Source of the DNA: Eledone cirrhosa
Lineage: Eukaryota
Assembly: GCA_964016885.1 (NCBI GenBank)
Contig: OZ024747.1
Location: 90,706,001 to 90,770,000, forward strand
Direction of reading: 5' to 3'
DNA length: 64,000 nt
Shown: one piece after another, positions 1 to 12,670 of the stretch
How positions within the stretch are numbered: position 1 is the first letter of the stretch
Layout: every line of letters begins with the position of its first letter
Made by a program: the position numbers and the translations under genes
The notes under the pieces: generated by a model
Database searches by the model: none
Seen by the model: the letters and a program-made list of their open reading frames with translations, nothing else
What the model was told of the DNA's origin: nothing

Positions 1-149
1 GTAATTTATCTCAGTTTATTTGGCAAATAGCTAAGTTAAATATGACCGAGAAAAAAAAAATATATATCATATTCAGTAAAACATTTAATAAAAAAACAGA
101 TAATACGAATAGAAAAATATAGCAATTCCCAAATGGAACACTAGTATTA

Positions 150-290
150 ATGATATATACATACATATATACACATACATACATACATACATACATATAT
201 ACACATACATACATACATATATACACATACATACATACATATATACACATATATATATACACACACATACATATACAGAGAAAGAGAGAG
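150..290. repeat. (TACA)n/(TA)n/(GA)n microsatellite
   Basis: Simple repeats visible directly; they explain the ORFs at 11-395. Confidence 0.9.
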
Positions 291-544
291 AGTCATAGTG
301 AAAACAGATTATATGATAACACAAATAGAGATCTTGGTTACAGTGTTGCTTTAAGTAAAGTGAACCTACACTTATTTATTAGGTTAAGAAATTAAGGAAC
401 TATTTCCAAACTGATGTATAAAAATTCAAGATTCCTTATTTTACAATACATGAAGTTTCACATGGAGTTTTGTTATAAACTCCAATGTTAAAAGAATGTT
501 GTAGAAACATTCCTTTTGATGAGGGGTGGATATTGGAGAATAAA

Positions 545-890
545 GTGGTTGTGTAGGTGTTGGGACAAAAAGCACTCAGCACACACCGTAAGGTGGTTGT
601 GTAGGTATCATGACAAAAAGCACTGTAAAGTGGTCGTGGAGGAGTCATGACAAAAAGCACCCAGCCCACACTGTAAGGTGGTCATGTAGGTGTCACAACA
701 AAAAGCACCCACCATACACAATAAATGTGGTTGGCATTAGGAAGGGCATCCAGCCGTAAAAACCTAGCCAGAAACAGTTCTATTTGAGCAAGAAACGGTC
801 ATCTGACCCAACCTACCTCTAATTGGACAACCTGTCTAACCCATGCTAGCATGGAAAATGGATGTTAAACGATGATGATAATGAAGATGT
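545..890 (+). mobile_element. RTE LINE 3' UTR-derived fragment with ~43-bp internal tandem units and (GAT)n tail
   Basis: Contains GTTGGCATTAGGAAGGGCATCCAGCCGT and CCATGCTAGCATGGAAAATGGATGTTAAACGATGATGAT, matching the 3' UTR of the LINE at 62686-64000. Confidence 0.8.
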
Positions 891-1232
891 AAGTCAAGCA
901 GATGGATAATTTCATATTTGTTCTTTCATCTACACAAGAGATAAACACCAGGAACTGAAGGCCTAACATCAGAATATGTAAGATATGACATTGGAATATG
1001 CAATATAACAAAATACCAGATTATATCATGAGATATGATGGTAGTTTGGAAGATATATAAGTCGAAGGTATCACATTTATTATCATCATCATTTTTACAT
1101 CAACTATTCAATGTTGACATTGGTAGGATGAGATATTTTGAGGCAATGTTTAAGAGTTTGATGTCCTTCCTCACACTAAATCCTTTTAGACACTTCTTCT
1201 GCCATGCAGGGATACAGTGTAGTTATTCTAAA

Positions 1233-1389
1233 CTGTGTTGGATTTAGGACAAATGAGGCCCCTCACATGGGCCCTGAAGGAGGTAGGCCCAGAAGACCTA
1301 CACAGGCAGTCAGCAAGATGCCCCTCCTCCCTTGCCAACGGGATCCTGTGCTTAAGCACACCTAAACGCAATGGTAAATCAGGCACTGG
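1233..1389. mobile_element. Degenerate hAT-like MITE
   Basis: Imperfect terminal inverted repeats CTGTGTTGGATTTA ... TAAATCAGGCACTG around a GC-rich interior with GGGCCC motifs. Confidence 0.35.
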
Positions 1390-1409
1390 ATACATATTGT
1401 ATTATATAA

Positions 1410-1602
1410 AATATGAAGGTGGTACCACAAGGTACAAGATTATAATATTTCAGAAAAGGAGGCACCATATTACAATATATAACATAATAAGGTACCACAT
1501 TGTAATATATAACATGATGATGGTACCATATTACAATATTTAACACATGAAGGTACCATATTACAATATATTAAAGATGAAATGCATCATATTGTAATAT
1601 AT
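1410..1602. repeat. Degenerate ~29-bp minisatellite (ATGAAGGTACCATATTACAATATATAAC-like), about 6 units
   Basis: Recurring GGTACCA...TTACAATAT motif. Confidence 0.75.
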
Positions 1603-2620
1603 TTTTTTAGTACAAAAACATGAAAATTGTACACCAAAGTTATCTCAATTTAAGAAATAAAGAAAATAATCTTTTTTTTTTTTTCTATAAAAATGAAATT
1701 GATGTAGATAATGTATTGGGCTATTAATACAAATAGCAAAAACCTAATTCAGAAAGGAGCAAAGATTAAGATAACATTCTGAAAAGATACAATGGTTTCA
1801 CTTTGATCATAAATAAATAAATAATCTCTTGAAAAGCTGTAGCATGTCTAAGTCTTTGTGTTGGAACAATGATGTTTAAAGTAACTATAACCAGCAACAA
1901 TATATTAGTATTCTGGCCTACATTTTGTCAGTTTTCAGAAGAAAGTTGCCAGAAAGATTTATAGAAAATAGTTATTGTATGGATACATTAACATTACAGC
2001 AATCTTACAACTCTGAAGAAGTATTCATTGCTGCCTAAAAACTCTTGATAAAACCTCAATAAATAGATGGCATATCACTTCAATAATTCTATAAACCAAC
2101 ATGTATGCATACACACACACCTATACACAAATGCTTTCTCTAAAACCACTGACTTTAAAATCACTTAAGTTATTGAAGATTTCTTATTTGATGGGAAAGT
2201 TTGTTTCATTCTACTTTTTAATTTTTATTTCTTTTTTTCACAAAACATTTGAACAGAATTGAAATTTTTAAAAACTTAATAAAAATAACAAAATATCCTG
2301 ACAGTAAGGAAACCATTTTGAAATAAAAGCAACAGAATTTCTTAGCTTGAAATTTAGGCTTTTATTTCAGAAAGGAAATTTTCCAAAATTGGTATTATAG
2401 TTGATCCATACATAAGAACAATGACCTGACCTAAAGAATGACACAACAACATTAACACGATGTTATTCTATGACATCACGTGGTTTAAGTTGTTGTTTAG
2501 CCTCAAGTCAGCACTTAACTATGATCAAAGGCATTTTACCCTTACCCATAACTTTTTTGTGTACCACACATTAGGAGGAGGGCTTAACTTCTGACAGTCA
2601 TAGAGGTGCCGTTTTTCAAA

Positions 2621-2828
2621 CCCTTAAGCATTTACATTACTCAATATTTACTATTGTATTTTCACAGTAAAAGCTTTATCTCACATAATATTGAATCTAC
2701 AAGATTCTGATATTCTTTATTTTTCAAACAATACCATAACATAATATGAGCAGCTGGTTACAGCCAGTTTGAATATAAAGAGGTGAGAGAATTCAGGTTG
2801 GATAGGGCCAGTTCAAATGCTAAAGTGG
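2621..2828 (-). mobile_element. piggyBac-type MITE (~210-bp family)
   Basis: CCCTTAAGCATTTA ... AAATGCTAAAGTGG termini; body matches the copies at 8152, 17659, 19482 and 39609. Confidence 0.75.
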
Positions 2829-2924
2829 TAAGGTCTGCTGAACACAGCTAATTTCTTCCAGAAAAAATGAGAAATGGGAGAGAATGCAAGAAAAAGAAAA
2901 TGATAAAAAGAGACAGTGGAAGAA

Positions 2925-3080
2925 TGAATCCCAGTACTGAACCAGTACTTTATTTATCGACCTTGAAAGGATGAAAGGCAAAGTTGACCTGAGTAGGATT
3001 TGAACTCAGAGCATAGTGAGTGGGAATAAATACAGAGGCATTTAATCTGACACCCTAACAAACCTGCCAATTTACTGCCT
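2925..3080 (-). mobile_element. Meta-domain tRNA-derived SINE (diverged)
   Basis: TTTATCGACC...GGATGAAAGGCAAAGTTGACC...GGATTTGAACTCAG: reverse complement of the Meta core plus a B-box. Confidence 0.75.
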
Positions 3081-3329
3081 TACCCCACATTAGCTTATCT
3101 AATTATTTAAGAAGAGAGAGTATCAGCTGAAGGAAATTTAGCTGCTATTTCTAGTATTTGAGTGACTTCATAAATTGACACAAAATAAAAATAACATGGT
3201 CGCTGAATTACTCAATATTAATTACACAGTAACATCAAATAGAGTACACCTTAACTAAAAAATGTGAAGCATTGGTGTGTGTGTGTGTGTGTGTATATAT
3301 GTATATACACACACACACAAAAAAAAGCT

Positions 3330-3492
3330 TCAAGCATGGGCATCGCTTGTTATATGACATTTTTTGCAATGCATGGTATTGCTGGCTATAGGCAAGTCCC
3401 TAGCAGGACTAAAAAGCCACATCCGTAATGCTCATGCTTAAGTATCAAGCGATGGCATTACTTGTAATCGAGTTGCAGCCATCATTATCATT
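3330..3492 (+). mobile_element. 3' end of an RTE-type LINE with a C-terminal C2H2 remnant
   Basis: Encodes [15 protein letters not shown]. The 3' end GGCATTACTTGTAATCGAGTTGCAGCCATCA runs into (TA)n and is homologous to 59293-59424. Confidence 0.6.
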
Positions 3493-3769
3493 ATATATAT
3501 ATATATATATAATAGAAAAAAACGTGGAAGTTTCGTTTACCTATAAAATATATTTATTGTGTATCAACCTGTTATGCACATTTCACAGAGGATTTGCTCA
3601 AGGTCACCTATAGGAGTTATGGACCACCTACACTATATATATATATATATATATCGGCCTGCCCGCCCAGCCAGTGGGATGGCGTTATCTTATGGCTAAA
3701 ACAGCACAACGTGCTGTGACCAGCAGCGCCGATTGGTGCCCGACAGACTGGTCGGTCAAGGTGATCAAG

Positions 3770-3812
<43 letters not shown>

Positions 3813-4230
3813 CTGTTAATTACAGGCATATATATATATATATATGTGTGTCTAATTACTTACAGATTACAGCTGTTCTTGCAATCGAGTATGACTTGAT
3901 AGTACATACCATGCTTTTGTTAAGGATTTTAGGTGCCCATGCAGTTGTGAGCAGAGACACCCAAGATGTGACAGCTGGAAGGAGAAATGGTTGCACCAGC
4001 ACTGGGTCTGGGTTTTCTTTATCAATCCAGGAAAAATGAAAATCAAAGTGGACGTTGGTAGGATTTGAACTCAGAATACAAAGACCAGGAACACATATCC
4101 AATGCTCTAATGACTTTGCCAAATTGACTGCTCTTTATGTCTATGTGTGTGTGTGTGCGGGGTGAGGGGGTTGGGTGGGGGTATATATATGTGCGCGCAC
4201 GTGTATGTATATATATATATATATATGTAT

Positions 4231-4410
4231 AATTGTTTCTACTTTTGGCACAAGGCCAGCAATTACCCAGTGCATTACTGGTACTTTATTTTATCGACCT
4301 CGTAAGGATGAAAGGCAAAGTTAACCTCAGCGGGATTTGAACTCAGACCGTAAAGGGACGTAACTATGCTGGAAAGCATGGTGTCCGACCCTCTACCGAT
4401 ATTGCCAATA
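4231..4410 (-). mobile_element. Meta-domain tRNA-derived SINE
   Basis: Near-complete copy of the family (GGCACAAGGCCAGCAATT...TTATCGACC...GATGAAAGGCAAAGTTAACCTC...TTTGAACTCAG). Confidence 0.85.
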
Positions 4411-5821
4411 TAAAATGAATTGAATTAGTAGTTCTCACCATAGGTTTAACTCGAGAAAATAATCTAATAACTGAGTATATGAGGTCCCAGAATGGAGAAC
4501 TAATGGGCATTACTACGCATGGAAATTGAACCCAGTCCTCTTATTTTCATAAGTGTGCCAACCTATTATACCAACTTGCTAAATCAAACATTTGGAGGAT
4601 TTTAGTAATATAACTAACTTTTTCATTGTTAAGCTGATGTTTGAAACAACTTAACAAAGGTTCTTACATAAAAAAGTATGATGATGATCATGATGATGAT
4701 AATGATGTATCATATTTATTGTTTCATTGTTCAAATTTTCCTACCTTTGTGGAGCTATGTTCTAAGAATCTTGCCAGAAATTATCTATAGAATATATTTT
4801 TAAGTATTCACTGATTCTTGTATTCTGGGAAAGCAAGAGAAATTGTAAACGCTAACTCAGTGGTTTATACAATTAATAGGCATATATTTTTGTTTTCATT
4901 TATTTAGTTTAGTTTGGTTTAGTTGAGTTGAATTGAGTTGAGTTTTCTTTTAGCAGATATTTAAAAATCATCACTTCCTGAAGTTATATGGTGAGTCTTA
5001 TCAAGGTAGTTGACGTATATACACAGATGCCAACAAAACAAATGGTTTTTCAAAAGGAGATAATGTTGCACAGCAAAATGAATTAGTCACAAATACTTGT
5101 GTTCACATGAATATATCTCAGATGTCATACAGTTGAAGAAGGAATACATACATACATACATACTTAAAATGAAATATCTTAAAACATACAGGACATTTAA
5201 AAGACTTCTAGTTTTCTTGATCTTTGAACAAGCAAAGAAATTAAAACTACTTCAAGCAATAGAATGTAAAAGAAACAATGACAAATGATTCCTTTTCTTT
5301 ATCATTATCACACGAAACAGAGGCAGATTAAGTAAATAAAACTGAAATTAATTATAGGCTGGATATGGAGGCAAATACGAATTGGAATTTTTAGTGATGA
5401 TTAATTAATGCATCTCTGCTTCAGATGTTTATCTTGAATAGGTCAATAGAAGGATATTTCTGATATGCAGATATGAGAGAGGTTTATATTATAGACAAAT
5501 GTCAATCATACAGATACTCTCCACTTAGCAGACAAACTATCATGTATAATCAATCTAAATAAAAGTAACCAATAATGACAATATATTTGTTTATATTAAG
5601 AATTTCTATTATAATTATTTATTCAGCTTTTTTTACAACAAAAGCGCTCACTCCAAAGCAAACTAGCAGAGATCACTGATGTGTTGTTGCAGTGGATTGA
5701 AAAGGATGAGAGCTACAATTGAGGAAGAAGTATAATTTTATCTCATACTGAAAGACTAGACAGAAGTCATGACCAAGAAAAGAGCCTTTAGTATTTTTAT
5801 GATTGGCAACATTTCTAGTAA

Positions 5822-6042
5822 TAATGGTTTCTTATATAGGCACAAGGCCAGCAATTTTGGGGGAGGGGAAAATCAATTAAATCGACCCCAGTACGTTACT
5901 GGTGCTTTATTTTATCGACCCCGTAAGGATGAAAGGCAAAGTTAACATCGGCAGAATTTGAACTCAGACTGTAAAGGACCGTAACTCTATGCTGAAAAGC
6001 ATGGCGTCCGACCCTCTACCGATACTGCCAATCCACCGCCCT
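5822..6042 (-). mobile_element. Meta-domain tRNA-derived SINE, full length
   Basis: On the minus strand: A-box-like TGGCAGTATCGG, B-box GAGTTCAAATTC, then the Meta core GCCTTTCATCCTTACGGGGTCGATAAAATAAAG. Confidence 0.88.
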
Positions 6043-6847
6043 AATATTTCTAGAAATAAGTTCTGTTTCCACAGTGGGAGCTATAGTGTGAGTGTCTGTG
6101 TCCGTGAAATATATACGTATACACCAGGTCCAAACTCCCACCGTCACTGCTTCCATCTCGCCCAATCTCTCACTATTATAAGTAAATTGGGGGCCCACAA
6201 GGCTGGCCTCCCCGTGACCTTAGCAGACAGAATAGAGAAGGCATTTTCCTGGAGGGTGGTGAGGAAGACACACTGGAAGAGTCAGCTCATGAGGATCACA
6301 CCTGCAGGTAGCTAACTCTGTGCCGCTGGTGGTAAGTAGGGAGGTGGCCCTAGGGCCAAGGACACCAGAACTCTCCACTTTCTATTTGGTGAATCTTATT
6401 ATTTTTACCATGAAGTCGATATATGCTGCTATATTCTGAATTTAATTATCTAAAAAAATTATACAATTCTTAAACAATCTTATGATCCCTATTCCATGTA
6501 TAAGATCACCATTAGACATAAAGTCAAAGAGAAGTAAAAAGCTGAGATAATTCAACAATAAAATTGTTAGAAAGTGAACAGACTAGTGACATGTCTAAAA
6601 TGTTATTCCAGCTAAATGTTGCTGCACATATTAAAATTAGTAAAATAATAACAATAAATTACTGAAGTTAATCAGAGACACCATCTATATTAGAAACGAT
6701 AGTTAAGTTAATGTTAGTGTATTAATGTGAACATTAAACTTCTAATTAGAAATAATGATTAAGTGAAAGACTATTTTAACGCAATAACAGGAAAGAAAGA
6801 AAAGGTAGATTCTTGTTGTTATAGAAATGGAAAAGGAAGTGAAAGAC

Positions 6848-7045
6848 AAGGGCTCTAGGGTCACAGAGGGATAGGAGGGGGATGGGTTCTAGGGTCACAG
6901 ATGAATAGAAAGGGAAAGGGGGAGTGTGATGGGCTCTAGGATCACAGATGAATGGAAGGGGAAAAAGGGAGTGTGATGGGCTCTAAGGTCTAAAAGATGA
7001 ATGGGAGGGGCAAGGGGAGTGTGATGTACTCTAGGCCTAGGGTGC
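6848..7045. repeat. ~50-bp purine-rich minisatellite (GGGAGTGTGATGGGCTCTAGGGTCACAGATGAATGG), 4-5 units
   Basis: Repeated GGGCTCTAGG.TCACAGA motif. Confidence 0.75.
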
Positions 7046-7155
7046 AGTGGTATTGGGGCTGCACCCCGAGGACAAGACCGCAAAAGCATTCCCACAGACA
7101 ATGGCCAGCGACACCTGTTGCCCTTGAGGGGCTGCTTACTCAATAACTGTAATTA

Positions 7156-7341
7156 GGGATTGGCAGTATCAGTAGAGGGTCGGATGCCATGCTTTGCTGC
7201 ATAGAGTTATGCCCCTTTACAGTATGGGTTCAAATCCCACCAAGGTTAACTTTGCCTTTCATCCTTACTGGGTCGATAAAATTAAGTACCAGTAATGCAC
7301 TGGGATTAATTGCTGGCCTTGTGCCAAAAGCAGAAACAATT
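7156..7341 (+). mobile_element. Meta-domain tRNA-derived SINE
   Basis: GGATTGGCAGTATCAGTAGAG ... GGGTTCAAATCCC (B-box) ... GCCTTTCATCCTTACTGGGTCGATAAAATTAAGTACCAG. Confidence 0.85.
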
Positions 7342-7375
7342 ATCTTAATCATTTCAGCAAGGATTAAATTAACTA

Positions 7376-7542
7376 CTGTATTTCACAGCATCGAAAACGC
7401 TACTTTTTTCCTAAAATAAGTCTAAAAAATCTACCATACGTCCTGGAGGCCCAAGGTTGTTTATTATTTTTATTCAAATTTTTGGTTGTCACAATTAGGG
7501 TGCGTCCTTGAGCACGAAGCGTCTTCAGCATCGGGAAATCGG
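7376..7542. mobile_element. Tc2/Tigger-like MITE
   Basis: TA|CTGTATTTC ... GGAAATCGG|TA termini with TA on both sides. Confidence 0.55.
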
Positions 7543-8151
7543 TATTTCTTTTTAGGTAAATGGGGTCTTTCAGTAATTCATATGCTCATTTTTTATCCTT
7601 ACTCATGTACAATATTTCACACATACTTACATATTTTCACTAATAACATCGAAACCCACCTATTTCTCTATTTGCTGAAATTATCAGAATAATATTATCC
7701 CTTGAACTAAAATTGTTTTTTCCTCACTGCATAATTATTTTTAATTAGATTGTAGCTGCTCACTGGATTAAACATGTTCACACAAACTTAACTAATGATA
7801 ACTTGGAAGATTAGAAAAGAGAAAGAAATTAGAAATTCTAACTGATCACAAAAATATATATAACATCAGTAACAAAAACACTAAATGAATGAGCTTAGAA
7901 AAAGTGATACATTTTTTTCTACACCACAGCAAATACCTATTAAAAATATTTGCACTCCAATGTAAGGAAACGCTATTTTAAGTGGCCTTCTCAATTATCT
8001 GCATACTGGATTACTTGTAACAAATTTATAGACTGTTATTTAAATAAAACTGGTGGAGAGCACAGAGCAATGGATGTTTTTTATAGAATTCATTAAGTTT
8101 AGTACTTCACATTTCTTTGTTTAAATCTTAGTGTGGTCATACTTGTCTTAA

Positions 8152-8326
8152 CCCTTAAGCATTTAAACCAGCCTTATCCAGCCAGAATCCTCTCACCTCT
8201 TTGTGTTCAAACTGGCATGAACCGGCTGCTCATACAGATGTTATAAATAAATATCAAAATCTCATGGATTCGATATTATGTAAGGTAAAGCCTTTACCAT
8301 GAAAATGTAATGTAAATGGTAAAGAG
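8152..8326 (+). mobile_element. piggyBac-type MITE
   Basis: TTAA|CCCTTAAGCATTTA ... TAAATGGTAAAGAG|TTAA; TTAA target-site duplication on both sides. Confidence 0.85.
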
Positions 8327-9339
8327 TTAAGATAGCTAAATAAAAAATAAAATAAAAACTGATATAATGAAGGAAACTCATCAAATATGTTCTCTTCTTT
8401 ACAAAACTAGTTTATTCATAGTTTTAAAAGATTAAATACATGGAAATATGAGTGCCTATTTTATCTCAAGTGCTGTTACTTACCTGATATCTAGAATCTA
8501 GGGAACATCATAGTTACCTTGCACTCTCAACTAACTATTTGGTTGGTTGGCTTTAAGTTAAACAACCCCTTTCTTTCTCCAGCACAAAGCTATCTGTTTG
8601 TCTAATTACTGCTCTGATATCATGAGGACAAAATTACCCTGAAAATGTCAATGAGTGTAGATTAGTAACACCTTATAGGCAAAACAGTGAAGAGCTAGCT
8701 TAAGCTGTAGCTAGGACAGAAGGAACAGGCAGTAGAAAGTGAATGGGACGATCTGTACCAGTCACTACATTCTCGTATATGAACGAAGGTCAGGAAGGAA
8801 ATAGTCACTGAGTGACAGGGTGTGTATGGTTAGGTAAGGTACCAGGCCATCAAGGATACCAATTAATTACAACTAATCAGAGACATTAGTAGAGAGAGTA
8901 CTCCAATAGCAATGGGGTCAGAGGAGGTTAGAGGGACAGTAACACTTTCAATTCAGACAAACACCACACATACACACACAGAAAAAAGAAATGTCTATAC
9001 ATGAGTTTCAATTAATTCTCCAATATATACATTTCACACAAGTTTATTCAAACAAATTTAGATATACTAGTAGGCAAACTTTACAAATTTCATATACATA
9101 GTAATTCTTTGTTTTTTTTTCATAGCTTTAGGTGACGACAGGGTTAGATGTTTCTTCAATTGAAGACATTTAAGCTAAGTTATTTCATAGCTAGATAATA
9201 TTAGTAGTTTTACTCACTCAACTGTGAAATATAAGAGGATATTAATGACAAAAACAGATATATTGATGGAAAAGGGTTAGAACTTGTGGCTTTTTATTAA
9301 CAACTCACTCTATAATCACACATCTGCTTGGGAACAAGT

Positions 9340-10012
9340 ACCCTATAACCGCCGTGGTCTGCCATAGATCAGTTTGTGGTTTAGTTGCCACACCTCACCT
9401 CCACTACTTGGGTCCATTGAATGGCTTTCACATCCTTGTGTCTAAAATCACGCACCTTTGCTCTGACAACGCAGCCTTCATGCTTAGAATTGAAGAATTG
9501 GTTCTGGGCCAATCTCGTCGCGAGCACATTGACTGTGATGCCTTTAGTAAGTGCTTCTTCTAGTTTTCTAACTAGATCTCCCTTTACTCTAGTGTTCTGT
9601 ATCATTTCAGCCTTACTATTCGATTCTGCTGTAATAGCCCTTTTTAGGGTGAACCACCATTTGTTGTTGATGATTGCTCCCGTCGATGCTCACCTAATTT
9701 ACTGATCTGGTCTTTGTAGTCTTTGCGCACCAGAAATGCCGCATTTAGCTTCCAGTAACCAGGTCCCTGTTTATGAAGCCTATCTAGATTGACCACACAG
9801 ATCACAAATTTATGGTCTGCATAGTCGCCTACTTTGAATTGTGGAGACCTTATACATGACTTATCTATTTCCTTACAGAATACTGTATCTAAATACAATC
9901 TGGATGACCTGATGTGGTTCATCCATGTCCATATTCGGGAAATCCAGTCGGTACCCGTCAGACAGTAGGAAACATCTGAGCAGGTTTGTGAGGCTTTTAC
10001 ACCCTCCTCCTC
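9340..10012 (-). mobile_element. Decayed L1/Tx1-like LINE ORF2 fragment (APE C-terminus and linker)
   Basis: Translations TWMNHIRSSRLYLDTV, YADHKFV (SDH-like) and GPGYWKLNAAFL, typical of the L1/Tx1 endonuclease-linker region; frameshifted. Confidence 0.75.
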
Positions 10013-10017
10013 TATCT

Positions 10018-10154
10018 GCTTTATTTTATTGACCCTGTAAGAATGAAAGGCAAAGCTAACCTCAGCGGGATTTGAACTCAGAATGTAAAGAGCTGTAACT
10101 ATGCTGCAGAGTATGTTGTCCGATGCTCCATTGATCCTGCCAATCTACCGTCCT
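10018..10154 (-). mobile_element. Meta-domain SINE (head plus core)
   Basis: GAATGAAAGGCAAAGCTAACCTCAGCGGGATTTGAACTCAG...CTGCCAATCTACCG. Confidence 0.8.
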
Positions 10155-10214
10155 CATAATAATAATGATAATAATGAAATCAATAATGCTTGCCCTAAGT
10201 ATCTGGTTGATATT

Positions 10215-10372
10215 TGGTAGTCATTGCATATAAAGCGAAATCAAAGGAAAATATAATATTAATAATAATAATTGCAATACTACTAACAATAATAATAATT
10301 GCAATACTACTAACAATAATTGCAACAATAATACAAATAATAATAATAATCATAATAATACTAATAGCAATA
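10215..10372. repeat. (AAT)n low-complexity tract
   Basis: ATAATAATA repeats; source of the Ile-rich ORFs. Confidence 0.85.
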
Positions 10373-10497
10373 TTTAATTTTTGCTTTTTATTTATTTTCA
10401 ATAATTTTGGCATGCTTTCATAATTGAAATAATTTTTGTTGGAGCAATTTTTTAAAAGTTGGCAATCCTTCCTCCCACTAACCACCCAATTATTAGA

Positions 10498-10606
10498 AGC
10501 CAGCAATGGAACCTCTATCCGAGTGCTCAATCTGCTAGAAATGACAGCCACAAGCCAGCAATGGAACCTCTATCCGAGTGCTCAATCTGCTAGAAATGAC
10601 AGCCAA
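10498..10606. repeat. Near-exact ~57-bp tandem duplication
   Basis: AGCCAGCAATGGAACCTCTATCCGAGTGCTCAATCTGCTAGAAATGACAGCCA occurs twice in a row. Confidence 0.9.
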
Positions 10607-10790
10607 ATATCTCTCAAATCAAACTAAAAAGGACACTTTACATAAAGTAGACCTGGATACTACTAAAAAGACAAGACGATACCCACATGAATACCTTTGA
10701 TTGTATGTCTGCTCAATCCAGATAAAACTGAGGCTTAATATCTCAAGTATGAAACAGAAGTGGAAACCATTTTGTTTTTAGTTAGGTTAA

Positions 10791-11058
10791 CCCTTTACCA
10801 TTTACATTACTCTATATTTACTATTGTATTTTCACAGTAAAGGCTTTATCTCACATAATTGTTTCTACTTTAGTCACAAGGCTAGCAATTTGAAGGGAAC
10901 GAGAAAGTCGATTAAATCAACCCCAGTACTTTATATTATTGACCCTGTATGGATGAAAAGCAAAGCTAACCTTGGCTGGATTTGAACTGAGAATGTAAAG
11001 AGTCATAACCCTATGCCGCAGAGCATGGTGTCTGATGCTCTACCAATACTACCAATAC
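10791..11058 (-). mobile_element. piggyBac MITE end (10791-10858) abutting a Meta-domain SINE (10857-11058)
   Basis: TTAA|CCCTTTACCATTTACATTAC..., followed by the SINE 3' end and body. Confidence 0.75.
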
Positions 11059-11263
11059 ACATAATAATAACAATGATGATGATGATGATAATATCCAAAT
11101 TTGCAGAAAGTCGAAAATTTATAAGCAATTGATTTTAGCATAGGGCGGTAGTTATTTTATTGACCTCAAGAAGGAAATGAAAGTCACAAGTGACTACGAA
11201 TACATACTGAGGACATATTTTATTGAGCTCAGTGGGATAAAAAGTGTCAACCACAGAGGAGGG

Positions 11264-11510
<247 letters not shown>

Positions 11511-12449
11511 GGTCAGACGTTACAAACATTTATTTATTGAAGAAAATATGCTTATATTATTTAAATGAATGTAATCCAAGCATAAGAATGAGATGACTTG
11601 CTCCATTGTTTCCTTGTTCTTCCTCAAGACATTTCCTTGACATATTTGTGGAATAAATGAGCATCAGAGGAATGAAATTGCATTCTGCATCTTCTAAAAA
11701 AAAATATTCCTAAAAGTGTTATTCAATATACTTTGTATTTAGATCTCTTTAAGGGTTAGTAATTTCTGTAAATGTTTATTAAAATGAATTCTACTCGAGC
11801 CAGATACAGCTTTATGAAGCAGTCAACTCATTCCAAATTTGTGTTCAATCAAGCCATTATACCTATATTTCTTTTATATTCAATAAAGATAAATCAGTTA
11901 ATTTCTTGGTTGAGCTGTTCAAGCAAACCTTGTGGAGTGTAAGGGCCTTATGAACAATATATAACGCAGCATTGCTCTGAGGATGATTGTAACAATTTCA
12001 TAATCACATTTAAAACATTTTGCTTTTGCAGCTACACTTTATGTAAACTCCATTTATTTTCCCTGACATTTATTTTACAACATTATTGGTAATTTCTCAG
12101 CAATGTGGTGTTCATCTTGCTCAGATATTTTCTTCTGGTTGATCAAAAGGTTTAGTATTTATTTTAAGATACTTTAAGATATCAGCTGTTTAACTGGATC
12201 AGTTGTGCACTAACTAGCTTAAAACTATTTCCTTGTGTGTATATCTATATATAGCAGATATGAATACATGTATACAAAGTAAAATATGATTTATTCCCTG
12301 TTATTTTAAAATTGTTTTGTATCCATTTTTCCAAGCTTAAATTTGTTTTGGTCAGTTAAACAAACTCAAGAAAGAAGAGTTATGTGCCTTTAAACTCACT
12401 CCAATACCCATGGAAATAGTTTAGATTATGATCATGTGGTTAGAAGGAC

Positions 12450-12670
12450 ATCATCACCGTCTAACGTCCATTTTACTACGCTAGCATGGTTTAGACAAGT
12501 TGCCCCATTGTGAGACAAACCAAGTCTGATGACCATGTCTTGCTCATACAAAACTGTTTTTCGTTTGGTTACTACGGCTGGATGCCCTTCTTAACACCAA
12601 CCACATTTACAGTGTGTACCAGGTGCTTTTTGTTGAGTTGTCATGACCACTTTACAGTGTGGGCTGGGAA
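12450..12670 (-). mobile_element. RTE 3' UTR-derived fragment
   Basis: CATCATCACCGTCTAACGTCC...GCTAGCATGG...GGCTGGATGCCCTTCTTAACACCAACC. Confidence 0.8.

Noticed and set aside
10195-10551. Hydrophobic membrane-protein-like ORFs
   Set aside because: Produced by (AAT)n repeats.
11520-12300. Possible ancient transposase remnant (also suspected at 17060-17620 and 43240-43720)
   Set aside because: Only faint motif resemblance by eye; cannot be supported without a translated search.
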